This document shows, one piece after another, positions 1 through 9,299 of a DNA stretch of 64,000 nt. Position numbers and translations under genes: made by a program. A model generated the notes under the pieces. It was not told the origin of the DNA. It made no database searches and saw only the letters and a list, made by a program, of their open reading frames with translations. Source of the DNA: Ilumatobacteraceae bacterium (lineage in GTDB: Bacteria; Actinomycetota; Acidimicrobiia; Acidimicrobiales; Ilumatobacteraceae); contig JBFGCT010000001.1 in NCBI GenBank assembly GCA_041581055.1, positions 6,652 through 70,651 on the forward strand. The letters run 5' to 3'. The first letter of the stretch is position 1. Each line of letters starts with the position of its first letter.

Positions 1-465
1 GGTCTCGACCACGGTGAGGAACGCCCGGGTGTCGGCGCGACCGCCGTATTCCGGCGGGAACGCCACGGCTCCGAACCCCTGATCGGCGAGCTGTCGGCAC
101 CAGTCGAAGACCTGGCGCCGGTAGGCGGATCGGTCGAGGCGGCGGGCGCGGTCGGCGTCGAATTCTCGCAGCACGCCGAGCACGCTGTCGCGCAGCGGCT
201 GCCGGTCATCTTCCAGCAGCCGGGTCAGCGCCGCCACGTCGAAGACCGGCATGGTCTCGGCAATCGGCGTGTTGGGCGACGTCGCGCCGGGCGGCTGGGG
301 GTCCGTGCGCAGAAGTTCCAAGAGCTCGGGCTTGAGCTGGGTCAGCGCGGCGAGCATCTCTGGCGTCAGCGCCCCCTTCGGACCACGGATCCGCAGCTGC
401 TCACCGTCGCTCGAGAGGTGGACGCCCTGTCTCGTCGTCTCGCTGAGGAGTTCCGCCAGCCTCAC
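1..465 (-). CDS. Acyl-CoA dehydrogenase-family protein with N-terminal TubC-type docking domain (5' part only; gene runs off the left edge)
   Basis: Hand translation from GTG at 465 (GTGA overlap with the FAAL stop). It gives VRLAELLSETTRQGVHLSSDGEQLRIRGPKGALTPEMLAALTQLKPELLELL (TubC_N-like), then ...VFDWCRQLADQGFGAVAFPPEYGGRADTRAFLTVVET (ACAD N-terminal-like). Absent from the ORF track because there is no stop inside the window. Confidence 0.6.
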   Translation of the reverse strand, partial: MRLAELLSETTRQGVHLSSDGEQLRIRGPKGALTPEMLAALTQLKPELLELLRTDPQPPGATSPNTPIAETMPVFDVAALTRLLEDDRQPLRDSVLGVLREFDADRARRLDRSAYRRQVFDWCRQLADQGFGAVAFPPEYGGRADTRAFLTVVET

Positions 466-2639
466 AGGACGAAGTCTTCCATGGCGTCGCCCGGCGCCGC
501 GGAGCCGGCCACCGACGCGGTGGACTCCGGCTCGGGCTGCATCATGAAGCGGCACAACCATGAGGCGAGCACGAAGTCGACGACCGCGGCCATCGTGGGC
601 TGACGCAACAACACGGTCGCGGGAAGCTCGAGTTTCAGCTCGTCTTCGATCCGCGCCCGCACCTCGGCGCCTGCCAAGGAGTCGATCGCCAGGTTCACCA
701 GCGGCATGTCGAGGTCGATCGTGGTGGGATCGGTTCTCAACGTCTGGGCCACGAGCGTCCGCAACCGCCGGCCGAGGATCGCCGAGCGCTCCGGTGCCGC
801 AGCCGCCAGCAGCGCCTCGTGGAGGGGGGCATGGTCTGCCAGGCCGATGGCGGAGGCCGCACTGCTCGACTCCGGTTCTGCCTGGTGAGGAGGCGGCGCG
901 TCGACGACCTTCTCGATCAGCGCGAGCTCGCCGCTCAGAAAGAGAGCGCGCGACGCTCGGCGCTGGACCTTGCCACTCGTCGTCTTGGGCAGCGCGCGCC
1001 GCTCGACGAGCGCGACGGTGTGCGGACGAACCTCGTAACGCTCGAACACCGCCCGCCGGATGGCAGCGGCCACCTCCGCGGGCTCGCCGCGCGAGGGAAG
1101 GACCTCACAGGCGATCGCCAACTGCTCTTCGTCGTCGACATCGATCGAGAATGCGGCGCAGCCGGCACGGCACACCGCACGGTGGCTGCCTTCGGCGGTC
1201 GCTTCGATCTCCTGGGGATCGAGGTTGCGCCCGCGCAGGATGATGAGGTCCTTGAGTCGCCCCGTGATGACCAGCTCGTCGCCCCAGAGAAAGCCGAGGT
1301 CACCGGTTCGCAAGAAGGGGCCCTCGCCGGTGTCTGCCAGCCGGGCGCCGAAGACGGCCGCGCTCTCTTCGGGCCGCCGCCAGTAACCGCCGGCGACGTT
1401 TGCTCCCCGCACCCAGATCTCCCCCACCCGGTCTGGCGCACACCGCGTCCGGGTCTCGGGATCGACGATGAGGATCTCCTGATCAAGCCACGAGCGGCCG
1501 CACGACACGAGGGACCGCGTTTCGCGCTCGCCGTCTTCTTCGGTCGCTGGTTCCACCCGTCCGAGCTCCAGATCGGAGATCCGCCACTTCGCCGTCGCCG
1601 GCGGAGCATCGACGGGCCCGCCGCTCACGAACACCGTGGCCTCGGCCAGGCCGTACGCGGGGAAGAAGCTCTCGCGCCGGAAACCACTGGGAGCGAGCGC
1701 CTCGCAGAAACGGTCGATGGTGTGGGCCCGGACGGGCTCGGCCCCGTTGGCGGCAACCCTCCACCCGCGCAGGTCGAGATCCTCGCAATCCCTGGGGCGA
1801 ACCCGGCGAGCGCACAACTCGTATGCGAAGTTCGGAGCCGCGGTGATGGCGGCGCCGAAGTGCGCGATCGCGCGCAGCCAGCGGGTGGGCTTGCGGGCGA
1901 AGGCCTGCGGCGCCATCAACGTGCAGCTACTGCCCGAGTAGAGGGGATTCAGGACCATCGCGATCAGCCCCATGTCATGCGACAGCGGCAGCCACGAGAC
2001 GAAATCGGAGTCCTCGTCGGCACGAAAACCCGCCTGCACCATCCGCTCGTTGTAGATCAGGTTGGCGTGCCGGATCACGACCCCTTTCGGCTGCCCGGTG
2101 GAGCCCGACGTGTACTGGAGGAAGGACAGGCTCCCGCCGCTGAGCTCGGGCATCTCCCATTGCCCGGCGAGCCCGGAATCCACGTCGTCGGTCGACCACC
2201 AGGCGAGGTCGCCGAGACCCTCGGCCGTCGACAGCGCCTCGCTCGTCTCCAGCAGCATCGACCTCGTGGTGAGAACCCCGCGGGCGCCGGCGTCCGCAGC
2301 GATCCGACGCAGCCGCTCGAGCGCCAGATCGAGGCGCATCAGGTCCGGGGGATACACGGGAACGGCTACCGCGCCCGCGTACTGACAGCCCATGAAGGCC
2401 GCGATGAACTCCAGCCCCGCCGGGTGGAGGAGGATGAGCCGCTCGCCCTCCATGCCCTGCGCCAGCAGGAAAGCGCCGATCGCGCGGGCTCGGACGTCCA
2501 GCTCTGCGTAGGTGAGCTCCTGCGTGGGGCCGTCGACCTCGCCGGTGGCGAGAAACCGGTACAGCAGTTGGGATCCCTTGATCTCGGCTCGATCGCGAAG
2601 CACCTCCACGAGCGTCTCGCGCTGCGGAAATCTCGACAT
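462..2639 (-). CDS. Fatty acyl-AMP ligase (FAAL, FadD32-like) fused to a C-terminal acyl carrier protein domain
   Basis: 725-aa ORF. N-terminus LLHPAGLEFIAAFMGCQYAGAVAVPVYPP, AMP-binding core YTSGSTGQPKGV, and C-terminal PP-binding motif LVNLAIDSLAGAEVR. Confidence 0.85.
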   Translation of the reverse strand: MSRFPQRETLVEVLRDRAEIKGSQLLYRFLATGEVDGPTQELTYAELDVRARAIGAFLLAQGMEGERLILLHPAGLEFIAAFMGCQYAGAVAVPVYPPDLMRLDLALERLRRIAADAGARGVLTTRSMLLETSEALSTAEGLGDLAWWSTDDVDSGLAGQWEMPELSGGSLSFLQYTSGSTGQPKGVVIRHANLIYNERMVQAGFRADEDSDFVSWLPLSHDMGLIAMVLNPLYSGSSCTLMAPQAFARKPTRWLRAIAHFGAAITAAPNFAYELCARRVRPRDCEDLDLRGWRVAANGAEPVRAHTIDRFCEALAPSGFRRESFFPAYGLAEATVFVSGGPVDAPPATAKWRISDLELGRVEPATEEDGERETRSLVSCGRSWLDQEILIVDPETRTRCAPDRVGEIWVRGANVAGGYWRRPEESAAVFGARLADTGEGPFLRTGDLGFLWGDELVITGRLKDLIILRGRNLDPQEIEATAEGSHRAVCRAGCAAFSIDVDDEEQLAIACEVLPSRGEPAEVAAAIRRAVFERYEVRPHTVALVERRALPKTTSGKVQRRASRALFLSGELALIEKVVDAPPPHQAEPESSSAASAIGLADHAPLHEALLAAAAPERSAILGRRLRTLVAQTLRTDPTTIDLDMPLVNLAIDSLAGAEVRARIEDELKLELPATVLLRQPTMAAVVDFVLASWLCRFMMQPEPESTASVAGSAAPGDAMEDFVL

Positions 2640-2932
2640 TCTCTATGGCCTCGCTAGGCGCGTGCTCGACGCCCGCCTGCCGCTTCCACCCAGGTGTCCC
2701 AGACTCACGACGTCGGTCTGATCCTCGGTCGGCAAGGAAGGCCCGATCGGGCGCTCGGGCAGGTCATCCGCGTCACAAAACGACAGTACCACTGCGTCAC
2801 TCCTGGGCCCAGATCGGCCGGAGGGGCGAGCGCCGATGGCGGCGACCGAAGGCTCGTGCTGGCGATGTTCGGCCGCGCGCGCAACGGCTGTGCGACGCGG
2901 CATCCGACGGACACCTGCCCGTTCCTCGCGCC

Positions 2933-2960
2933 TTGACCTCTGAAGCTCGAGACGTAGTAT
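2933..2960 (+). promoter_or_regulatory. Sigma-70-like promoter candidate for the Vps62-like gene
   Basis: TTGACC (2933-2938), 16-nt spacer, TAGTAT (2955-2960). A GGGAGG Shine-Dalgarno lies at 2969-2974, 5 nt before the ATG at 2980. Confidence 0.4.
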
Positions 2961-2979
2961 CGCTCTCCGGGAGGTTCAA

Positions 2980-4074
2980 ATGCGCCATTCCAGGGGGGTC
3001 GCGGAAACCGCCAAGGCATGGGTCCGCGCCGTGTTGGCTTATTTCACGAACCGGACGCATCGCCCGGACCCGGGGGATACGCGCAACCCGCCGCTGGCCA
3101 TGGTGAATCCCGACGATCAGGCGCTGCTCCAGCGCTTCGCACCGGATGTCTGGCTGCATTCGATGGAGGACTACTTCCCGTCCTCGATCGACTTCTATCT
3201 CGAACATTGCGAACTCGTGGGCGGGCCTTCCCGGATCGCCCAGCCCTCGTTCGCACAGCTGGCGGACTCGGCGTTCGGCGAGCGAAGGGCCTGGTACCTC
3301 GATGTCACCGACACGACCGAGTGCCTGCCGGGGACGAAACGCGATTCCGACGGCTCCGGGCCAGGGTGTTATGCCTACATTCAGCGGGCCGCCGCGGCCG
3401 CGTACCTGTACTACTGGTTCTTCTATCCGTACAACGGCAGCATCGTCGACAGGCGGGAGAACGAGGGCGCGTGGGAGGCTCTTCGGGACGTCGAGATACT
3501 TGCCAAGAAGTCTCCGTTCGGCGATCGCTTCCACGGGGACACGTCCGGCCACGTCGACCTGCACCAGGGCGACTGGGAGCGCGTCATCGTCGCTATTCCG
3601 ACCGGGCAGGAGACGCCGGACAAGATGTATTTCGCGCAACACTCCAAGGGCGCGGTTCTGCCGTGGGCGAGTGTGGTCAAGCACTCGGAAGATCATCCCG
3701 TTGTCTACTCCGCTCGCCATTCGCACGCGTCGTATCCAACGAGCGGCGAGCAGGCGGACCCGAGCCTTCCGCCGCCGTTCGACAAACTCCCGGCGGACGT
3801 CACGGTCCACGACCTCACAAACGAAGGCTTCCGGTGGAAGACCTGGCTGCAGCTCTCGATGCTCCCCTACGACGAGGCGGGCCCCACGGCGGCCGGATTC
3901 GGTGGCTGGCAGACCGACGATCAGCAGTGGCTGAAGTTCAGCGGCCGTTGGGGCAAACGGTGGCCCGACCACCACGCGTTCTGCGAGAGTAGCGGACCGG
4001 CCGGCCCGGCGTACCACGACGAGTGGGCTCAGGGCCATCCGGACACCGCCGGATACGGCGAAACGGCCGGGTGA
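2980..4074 (+). CDS. Vps62/DUF946 domain protein
   Basis: Family-typical motifs: MEDYFPSSIDFYL, YLYYWFFYPYNGS, HQGDWERVIV, MYFAQHSKG, VVYSARHSHASY. Confidence 0.75.
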   Translation: MRHSRGVAETAKAWVRAVLAYFTNRTHRPDPGDTRNPPLAMVNPDDQALLQRFAPDVWLHSMEDYFPSSIDFYLEHCELVGGPSRIAQPSFAQLADSAFGERRAWYLDVTDTTECLPGTKRDSDGSGPGCYAYIQRAAAAAYLYYWFFYPYNGSIVDRRENEGAWEALRDVEILAKKSPFGDRFHGDTSGHVDLHQGDWERVIVAIPTGQETPDKMYFAQHSKGAVLPWASVVKHSEDHPVVYSARHSHASYPTSGEQADPSLPPPFDKLPADVTVHDLTNEGFRWKTWLQLSMLPYDEAGPTAAGFGGWQTDDQQWLKFSGRWGKRWPDHHAFCESSGPAGPAYHDEWAQGHPDTAGYGETAG

Positions 4075-4167
4075 CACCCACCGCCGGGTATCCGCCGGAG
4101 GCGAGGTCGTCATAGCCGGGCGACGACGTGTGTTGACGCGGGCCGAGAACCGGTTGAGGATGGCCCG

Positions 4168-6756
4168 GTGAAGCAGAAGGAGGCGCCGGCGGCAGTCGCT
4201 CGAAGGAGCACCGGAGCTCGACAGGACCCCGCCTCCCCGCATCGCGGGAGTTCGATCGCGCCGCCGGCCTACGGCATTGACTTCGTCGATCATCGACGGG
4301 TGTCGACGTCGATGTCGGTCCCGCCTGTGCAACTCGCGACTCGACCGCGACTCAACACGACAGGAATTCCCACTCCAGTGCTGCAGCAGATGGAGCAGGT
4401 CATCGGTCACGACTTCTCCGGCGTACGTGTTCACGCCGACTCGGCCAAGCCCTCGGCGTTGGGCGCGCTCGCCTACACACAGGGTCATGACGTGTACGTC
4501 GCTCCGGGGCGATATCGGCCGGAGACTCCAGAAGGGCGGCAGTTGCTCGGCCACGAGCTCACCCACGTGGCGCAGCAGGCAGCAGGCCGCGTTCGCCCCA
4601 CCACGCGGGCGATGGGCGTCGCGATCAACAACGACCCGGCGCTGGAGCGAGAGGCGGACGAACGAGGCGTACGATCTTCGCTCGCCGCGGTTCCGTTTGC
4701 CCCACGCGCCGCTGACGCAGCGGACGCACGCGCCAGTTCGGCGCAGATGAGTTCGGCCGGCGGCGCGAGCAGTCAGATGGTGAGCCACCCGACCTCGGGG
4801 CCGGTGGTCCAAGCCAAGATGGGTTTCGAGCTCGAGCTCCTGGCGCTTGTTGACATCGATGGCCGGCCTCCCCCGGAGAAGCGCTTTCTCGGGTCGTATG
4901 GCGCCGAGCGCCTGGAGCTCCAGGTCGATCAGAACGGCGATGTCGAGGGGGAGACACCCCGGGCGCCCGTCGATGCGAACTTCGGGGCCGCTGGCAGGCT
5001 GCCGACGGGCGCAAATCCGGATCCAGAGTGGGCGGACTTCGGTCCGTATGACTTGCCAGCTGGGATGGGTTACGAGTCGCGGACAGCTGCTCCAGGTGTT
5101 GTTGTCGACCCGCGCGCCGCGCTGCCGTTCACGCTACTCGACAACGATGTGTGGCGGCAGCGCACGGCGACCGACCGCTTCACGCGCCCGCCGGCGGTCA
5201 ACAACACCGGACTCGACAATGCCGACCTGCCCGCGATCGACAACGCGATCGTGGACTACGACACCGAGATGCAGAACTGGGAAGCGGCGCGTGCGCGGGG
5301 GCGGGTGAACATCGTGATTGGTCGGGCGACGGCTTGGCTGGCGGCCAACAACGCGCCTCCGGCTCACGGCCTTGTTGACATCGTCGGACGCCGCCGCCGC
5401 AGCCGCTACCTGGCTGCGCGGGCCACGATGCAGGCGCTCCTCAACGAGGCGCAGCAGCATCGGGCCTTCTGGATGAACCCCGTCAACCACGACCCGCCCG
5501 CTGCGCTCGAACGGCAGTACCGCCGTCCAACGCCCGGGAACCCGAATCCGGCGTGGAGCACGCGCCATCCGGTGGCCGGGGCAGGTGGAGACCACTACGC
5601 GTCGATCCTGGAGATCGTCACACGCCCTTATGACCCAGAGACGCTGGCCGGTCGAGCCGGCCTCCTGGCCGCGATGACGGAGGCGCACAACCTCGCGGCG
5701 GCAATCGAGGTGGCGACCGGAAATTTCGCGACTCGCGCCCAGTTGAACACCATCGCCGGAACCACGATCCTCAATCCCCAAACGTTCGTCGGAAACGACG
5801 ACCCGACACGCAACCCGCAGACCACGGACGCGTCGATCCAGTCGACGTTCGCGATCGATCTGACACAGATCGGCTCGTTGATGAAGAGCACGGTGGCGTT
5901 CGGGGCGCCGCAACAGCGGCTCACCCTCAAGCACCAGGCGGACGAGGGTGCGTCGGCCCAGAACCCCGGTGGGACCAACCGCGCCGAACTCGAGATGGTC
6001 CTCGCGGTTCGCGACGCGACGGCCGTGATCGGCGACCTGAAGGCGCACATGGGTGGTGGGCCCCCGAGCTTCGTGAACCTGAGGGGTCTGCTCATCCTGG
6101 TTTGCCAGTACCTGCGGCTCGGCAGGTACTGGACAGGTCCGGGAATCAACCCGCTCGACAAGAACCTGACGGATCTGTTGTCGCGGACGAATCTCGCGCA
6201 CATCTACGCCGAGTTGGTTCCCGCGGCCGAGAAGGCCTGGTTGGGCGCCGCAGGCGGCAACGTGGCGTGGTTGGAAGGCCGGATCATCGCCCGAACTGGG
6301 CGGGCGGGGGCATCCGCGCTGCTCAACCGCCCGACACAGGACCGTAACCCTGAGGGCGGCCACCAGTTCTCGATCACGTGCACTCAATTCGTCCACAACG
6401 TCTTGACGTCGGGGGACGACGGGGTCACAGGTCATTGGGGTGGATTCCAACAACGGCCCGCCGAGGACATCGATCCGCTCGCAGCCCACCGGGCAGCGGA
6501 CACGCGCCCGGTGGCGGCTGCGCATCGGATGGCTCCGGTCTTCGAGATGCGCAACATGATCCCCAAGCTCGGAGGCGCCGAGCGTTTCCCGCGCGCTGAA
6601 TGGGTGCCGTTGTCCACGTACCTCGCGGAGATGGTGGAACTGCTGAACGCGCGTACCGAGGCCCAAGCGGTGCAGGACGTCCGCGCCGCAGAGCCGCACG
6701 CCGCACCGCCGGCGGGACACGTCGTGGGTCTGAACCCACCGGAGCCTGCCTGGTGA
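4168..6756 (+). CDS. DUF4157 (zincin-like HExxH) domain protein with large uncharacterised C-terminal domain
   Basis: GHDFSGVRVHADSAKPSALGALAYTQGHDVYVAPGRY...LLGHELTHVAQQ is the canonical DUF4157 signature (HELTH at 4552-4566). The GTG start is preceded by GAGGA. The C-terminal ~645 aa has no family I can name with certainty. Confidence 0.8.
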   Translation: MKQKEAPAAVARRSTGARQDPASPHRGSSIAPPAYGIDFVDHRRVSTSMSVPPVQLATRPRLNTTGIPTPVLQQMEQVIGHDFSGVRVHADSAKPSALGALAYTQGHDVYVAPGRYRPETPEGRQLLGHELTHVAQQAAGRVRPTTRAMGVAINNDPALEREADERGVRSSLAAVPFAPRAADAADARASSAQMSSAGGASSQMVSHPTSGPVVQAKMGFELELLALVDIDGRPPPEKRFLGSYGAERLELQVDQNGDVEGETPRAPVDANFGAAGRLPTGANPDPEWADFGPYDLPAGMGYESRTAAPGVVVDPRAALPFTLLDNDVWRQRTATDRFTRPPAVNNTGLDNADLPAIDNAIVDYDTEMQNWEAARARGRVNIVIGRATAWLAANNAPPAHGLVDIVGRRRRSRYLAARATMQALLNEAQQHRAFWMNPVNHDPPAALERQYRRPTPGNPNPAWSTRHPVAGAGGDHYASILEIVTRPYDPETLAGRAGLLAAMTEAHNLAAAIEVATGNFATRAQLNTIAGTTILNPQTFVGNDDPTRNPQTTDASIQSTFAIDLTQIGSLMKSTVAFGAPQQRLTLKHQADEGASAQNPGGTNRAELEMVLAVRDATAVIGDLKAHMGGGPPSFVNLRGLLILVCQYLRLGRYWTGPGINPLDKNLTDLLSRTNLAHIYAELVPAAEKAWLGAAGGNVAWLEGRIIARTGRAGASALLNRPTQDRNPEGGHQFSITCTQFVHNVLTSGDDGVTGHWGGFQQRPAEDIDPLAAHRAADTRPVAAAHRMAPVFEMRNMIPKLGGAERFPRAEWVPLSTYLAEMVELLNARTEAQAVQDVRAAEPHAAPPAGHVVGLNPPEPAW

Positions 6757-6873
6757 ACTTCCGCTGACCGCCAGCGCGCGAGTCCGTGAGCCGCCGTTTT
6801 TCGGGCCGCCGGGCGCCCGCCCGCCGCGTCGTCGGGTGGTGTGAACCGGCGGCGCCTTCTATGGTTGGCGACC

Positions 6874-8922
6874 GTGTCGACCTCGCGCATCAGAAACGTC
6901 GTACTCGTCGGGCACAACGGCAACGGCAAGACCAGTCTCGCCGAAGTGCTCCTCTACCGCGCCGGCGTCGTCGACCGCCCCGGGACGATCGACCGCGGCA
7001 ACATGGTCATGGACCACGACGCCGAGGAGCAGGAGCGCCAGCAGTCGCTCTCGCTCTCGGTCGCGTCGTTCGACTGGAAGGGCCACCGGATCAACCTGAT
7101 CGACACGCCGGGCTACGCCGACTTCCTCGGTGACGCGCTGATGGGGCTCGCCGTCGCCGACCTGGCCGTGTTCGTGATCGACGCCGTCGCCGGAGTCCAG
7201 TCGCAGGACACCGTCCTCTGGCGCCATGCCACCGCCCTCGGGATGCCTCGGCTGATCTTCATCAACAAGCTCGACCGAGAGCGATCGTCGTTCGACAGCA
7301 CGCTCGCCCAGGTGCGCGCGGCGTTCGGCTCGCACGCCGACCCGGTCGAGCTCCCGATCGGCGAGGAGTCGAGCTTCCACGGGATCACCGACCTCCTGGC
7401 CGACCAGGCGTTCCTGTACGACTCCGGCCGCGCCGAACCGGCGCCGATCCCCGACGCGTTGGTCGACGCCGAGCGCATCGAGCACGAGCACCTCGTCGAG
7501 GACGTGATCGAGATGGACGACGAACTGCTCGAGCGGTACCTCGAGGGGAACGAGCCGACGCCCGAACAACTCGAGCAACTGCTCCACAACGCGCTCGACG
7601 AGGCCAAGGTCTTCCCGGTGCTCTGCGGTTCGGCGACCACCCCGATCGGGGCCGACTACCTCGCCGACTTCATCTGCAGGGTCGGGCCGGCCCCCGGCGA
7701 CCGCGGGCCGACGGTCGTCGACGCCGGCGACCGCACGGCCGAGGTCCTGCCCGACCCCGACGGGCCGCCGCTGGCGTTCGTCTTCAAGACGACGATCGAC
7801 GAGTTCCTCGGTCAGATCTCGATCTTCAAGGTGGTGTCCGGCACGATCCGCCCCGACCAGGTGCTGGTCAGCTCGGGTTCGCGGAGCAAGGAGCGGCTGC
7901 ACCAGCCGCTGTCGCTGTCGGGGTCGTCCCACACGGCGATCGGCGAGGTGCGCGCCGGCGACATCGCCGCGGTGACCAAGCTGGCCGACACGCGGACGGG
8001 CGACACCCTCGCCCCCGACGGGACGCCGGTGGTGGTCCCGCCGCCGCAGCTCCCCCGCCCGGTGTACGGCGTGGCCATCGCCGCCTCCGCCAAGTCCGAC
8101 GAGGACCGGCTGGCCACGGCGCTGCGCCGCATCCTCACCGAGGACCCCACGCTCGCCGTGTACCACGACAGCTCGACGCACCAGACCGTGCTGAGCGGCA
8201 GCGGCGAGACCCACGTCCGCGTCGCCCTCGCCCGGGTCGCCCGCGCCGGCGTCGCCGTCGAAACCGAAGAGGTCCGCGTCGCCTACCGCGAGACGCTCGC
8301 CGGCACGGTCGAGGCGGAGGGCAAGTACAAGAAGCAATCGGGTGGGCACGGCCAATTCGGCGTGGCGACCGTCCGCTTCGAGCCGCTCCGCCGGGGGGCC
8401 GGGTTCGAGTTCGGGAGCGAGGTCACCGGCGGGGCGATCCCGAAGAACCTCATCCCCGCCGTCGGCGCCGGGGTCGAAGAGGCGATGGCGCGCGGCGGGC
8501 GCTACGGCTTTCCGATGGTCGACGTGCGGGCGGTCTGCCTCCACGGCAAGTACCACTCGGTCGACTCGTCGGAGATGAGCTTCAAGATGGCGGGGTCGTT
8601 GGCGCTGCGCGCGGCGATCGACCGCGTCGGGGTCGAGGTCCTCGAACCGGTCAGCGAGATGCGCGTGCACGTTCCGGATCGCCACCACGGCGACGTGCTC
8701 GGCGATCTCAACTCGCGGCGGGCCCAGGTGGTCGGAACCGGGTCGGACGGCGACCTCACCACGATCCACGCGTTGGTCCCGTCGTCGGAGATCACGCGCT
8801 ACGCGATCGACCTCCGCTCGCTCAGCGGCGGCACCGGTTGGTTCGAGGTCAACCACCACGGCTACCAGCCGCTCCCCCAGAACCTCGTCGACCGGCTCGC
8901 CAAGGCCGACGACGAGCAGTAG
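6874..8922 (+). CDS. Elongation factor G paralog (EF-G2-like translational GTPase)
   Basis: G1 motif NVVLVGHNGNGKTSLAE, DTPGYADF, NKLDRE, and EF-G domain IV/V-like C-terminus. The start is uncertain: GTG 6874 was chosen, and the ORF opens at 6841. Confidence 0.85.
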   Translation: MSTSRIRNVVLVGHNGNGKTSLAEVLLYRAGVVDRPGTIDRGNMVMDHDAEEQERQQSLSLSVASFDWKGHRINLIDTPGYADFLGDALMGLAVADLAVFVIDAVAGVQSQDTVLWRHATALGMPRLIFINKLDRERSSFDSTLAQVRAAFGSHADPVELPIGEESSFHGITDLLADQAFLYDSGRAEPAPIPDALVDAERIEHEHLVEDVIEMDDELLERYLEGNEPTPEQLEQLLHNALDEAKVFPVLCGSATTPIGADYLADFICRVGPAPGDRGPTVVDAGDRTAEVLPDPDGPPLAFVFKTTIDEFLGQISIFKVVSGTIRPDQVLVSSGSRSKERLHQPLSLSGSSHTAIGEVRAGDIAAVTKLADTRTGDTLAPDGTPVVVPPPQLPRPVYGVAIAASAKSDEDRLATALRRILTEDPTLAVYHDSSTHQTVLSGSGETHVRVALARVARAGVAVETEEVRVAYRETLAGTVEAEGKYKKQSGGHGQFGVATVRFEPLRRGAGFEFGSEVTGGAIPKNLIPAVGAGVEEAMARGGRYGFPMVDVRAVCLHGKYHSVDSSEMSFKMAGSLALRAAIDRVGVEVLEPVSEMRVHVPDRHHGDVLGDLNSRRAQVVGTGSDGDLTTIHALVPSSEITRYAIDLRSLSGGTGWFEVNHHGYQPLPQNLVDRLAKADDEQ

Positions 8923-8978
8923 CGGCCGCGGTGGGGCGGCGGCGGGTGCGAGCCCGCCGGCGCGTCTACGGTGGGGGC

Positions 8979-9299
8979 ATGTGCGTGAACTGCATGAGCA
9001 ACGCCGAGGCCGCCGTGGCGAGCTGGGCCGTCGTCGGCTACTTCGTCAAGAGCCCGGTGCACAAGGCGCTGGCGGCCGTCGACCTCGCCCCCGACCCCGA
9101 CCCGGTGGCCCACGACGTGCGGACGGTCGCCTTCCTGCGGGCGCTCGACCTCGACCCGGTCGAGGCGCTCGGCGCCGACGCCGTCGCTCAGGCCGAGTCG
9201 TGGACGCCCGACACCTCTTGGGTGCCGTTCCGCGACCGCTTCCGCCGCCTCGTCTCCGCCCGGCCCATCGGCGCCCAGAGCCTGATCGCCGCCCAGTAG
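8979..9299 (+). CDS. Small hypothetical protein (N-terminal CxxC)
   Basis: The ATG at 8979 gives MCVNCMSNAEAAV... The third-codon position is very GC-rich throughout. The 3' end overlaps the convergent gene by 112 nt. Confidence 0.45.
   Translation: MCVNCMSNAEAAVASWAVVGYFVKSPVHKALAAVDLAPDPDPVAHDVRTVAFLRALDLDPVEALGADAVAQAESWTPDTSWVPFRDRFRRLVSARPIGAQSLIAAQ

Noticed and set aside
819-2657. Numerous long ORFs antisense or out of frame to clear genes. Examples: 819..2657 +, 6859..8859 -, 18871..20796 -, 18966..20864 +, 23285..25753 +, 28602..30797 -, 56262..59126 +, 59223..61373 +
   Set aside because: These are typical GC-rich shadow frames. Their translations are dominated by R, G, P, A and D with no motifs, and each overlaps a gene with strong family signatures on the other strand or frame.
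2643-2903. 86-codon minus-strand ORF ending 3 nt before the FAAL start (checked as a possible MbtH-like gene)
   Set aside because: It has no MbtH signature (no NPFDD / SLWP motifs). Third-position GC is only moderate and the sequence is Arg/Ser/Pro-rich. It also overlaps the divergent promoter candidate.
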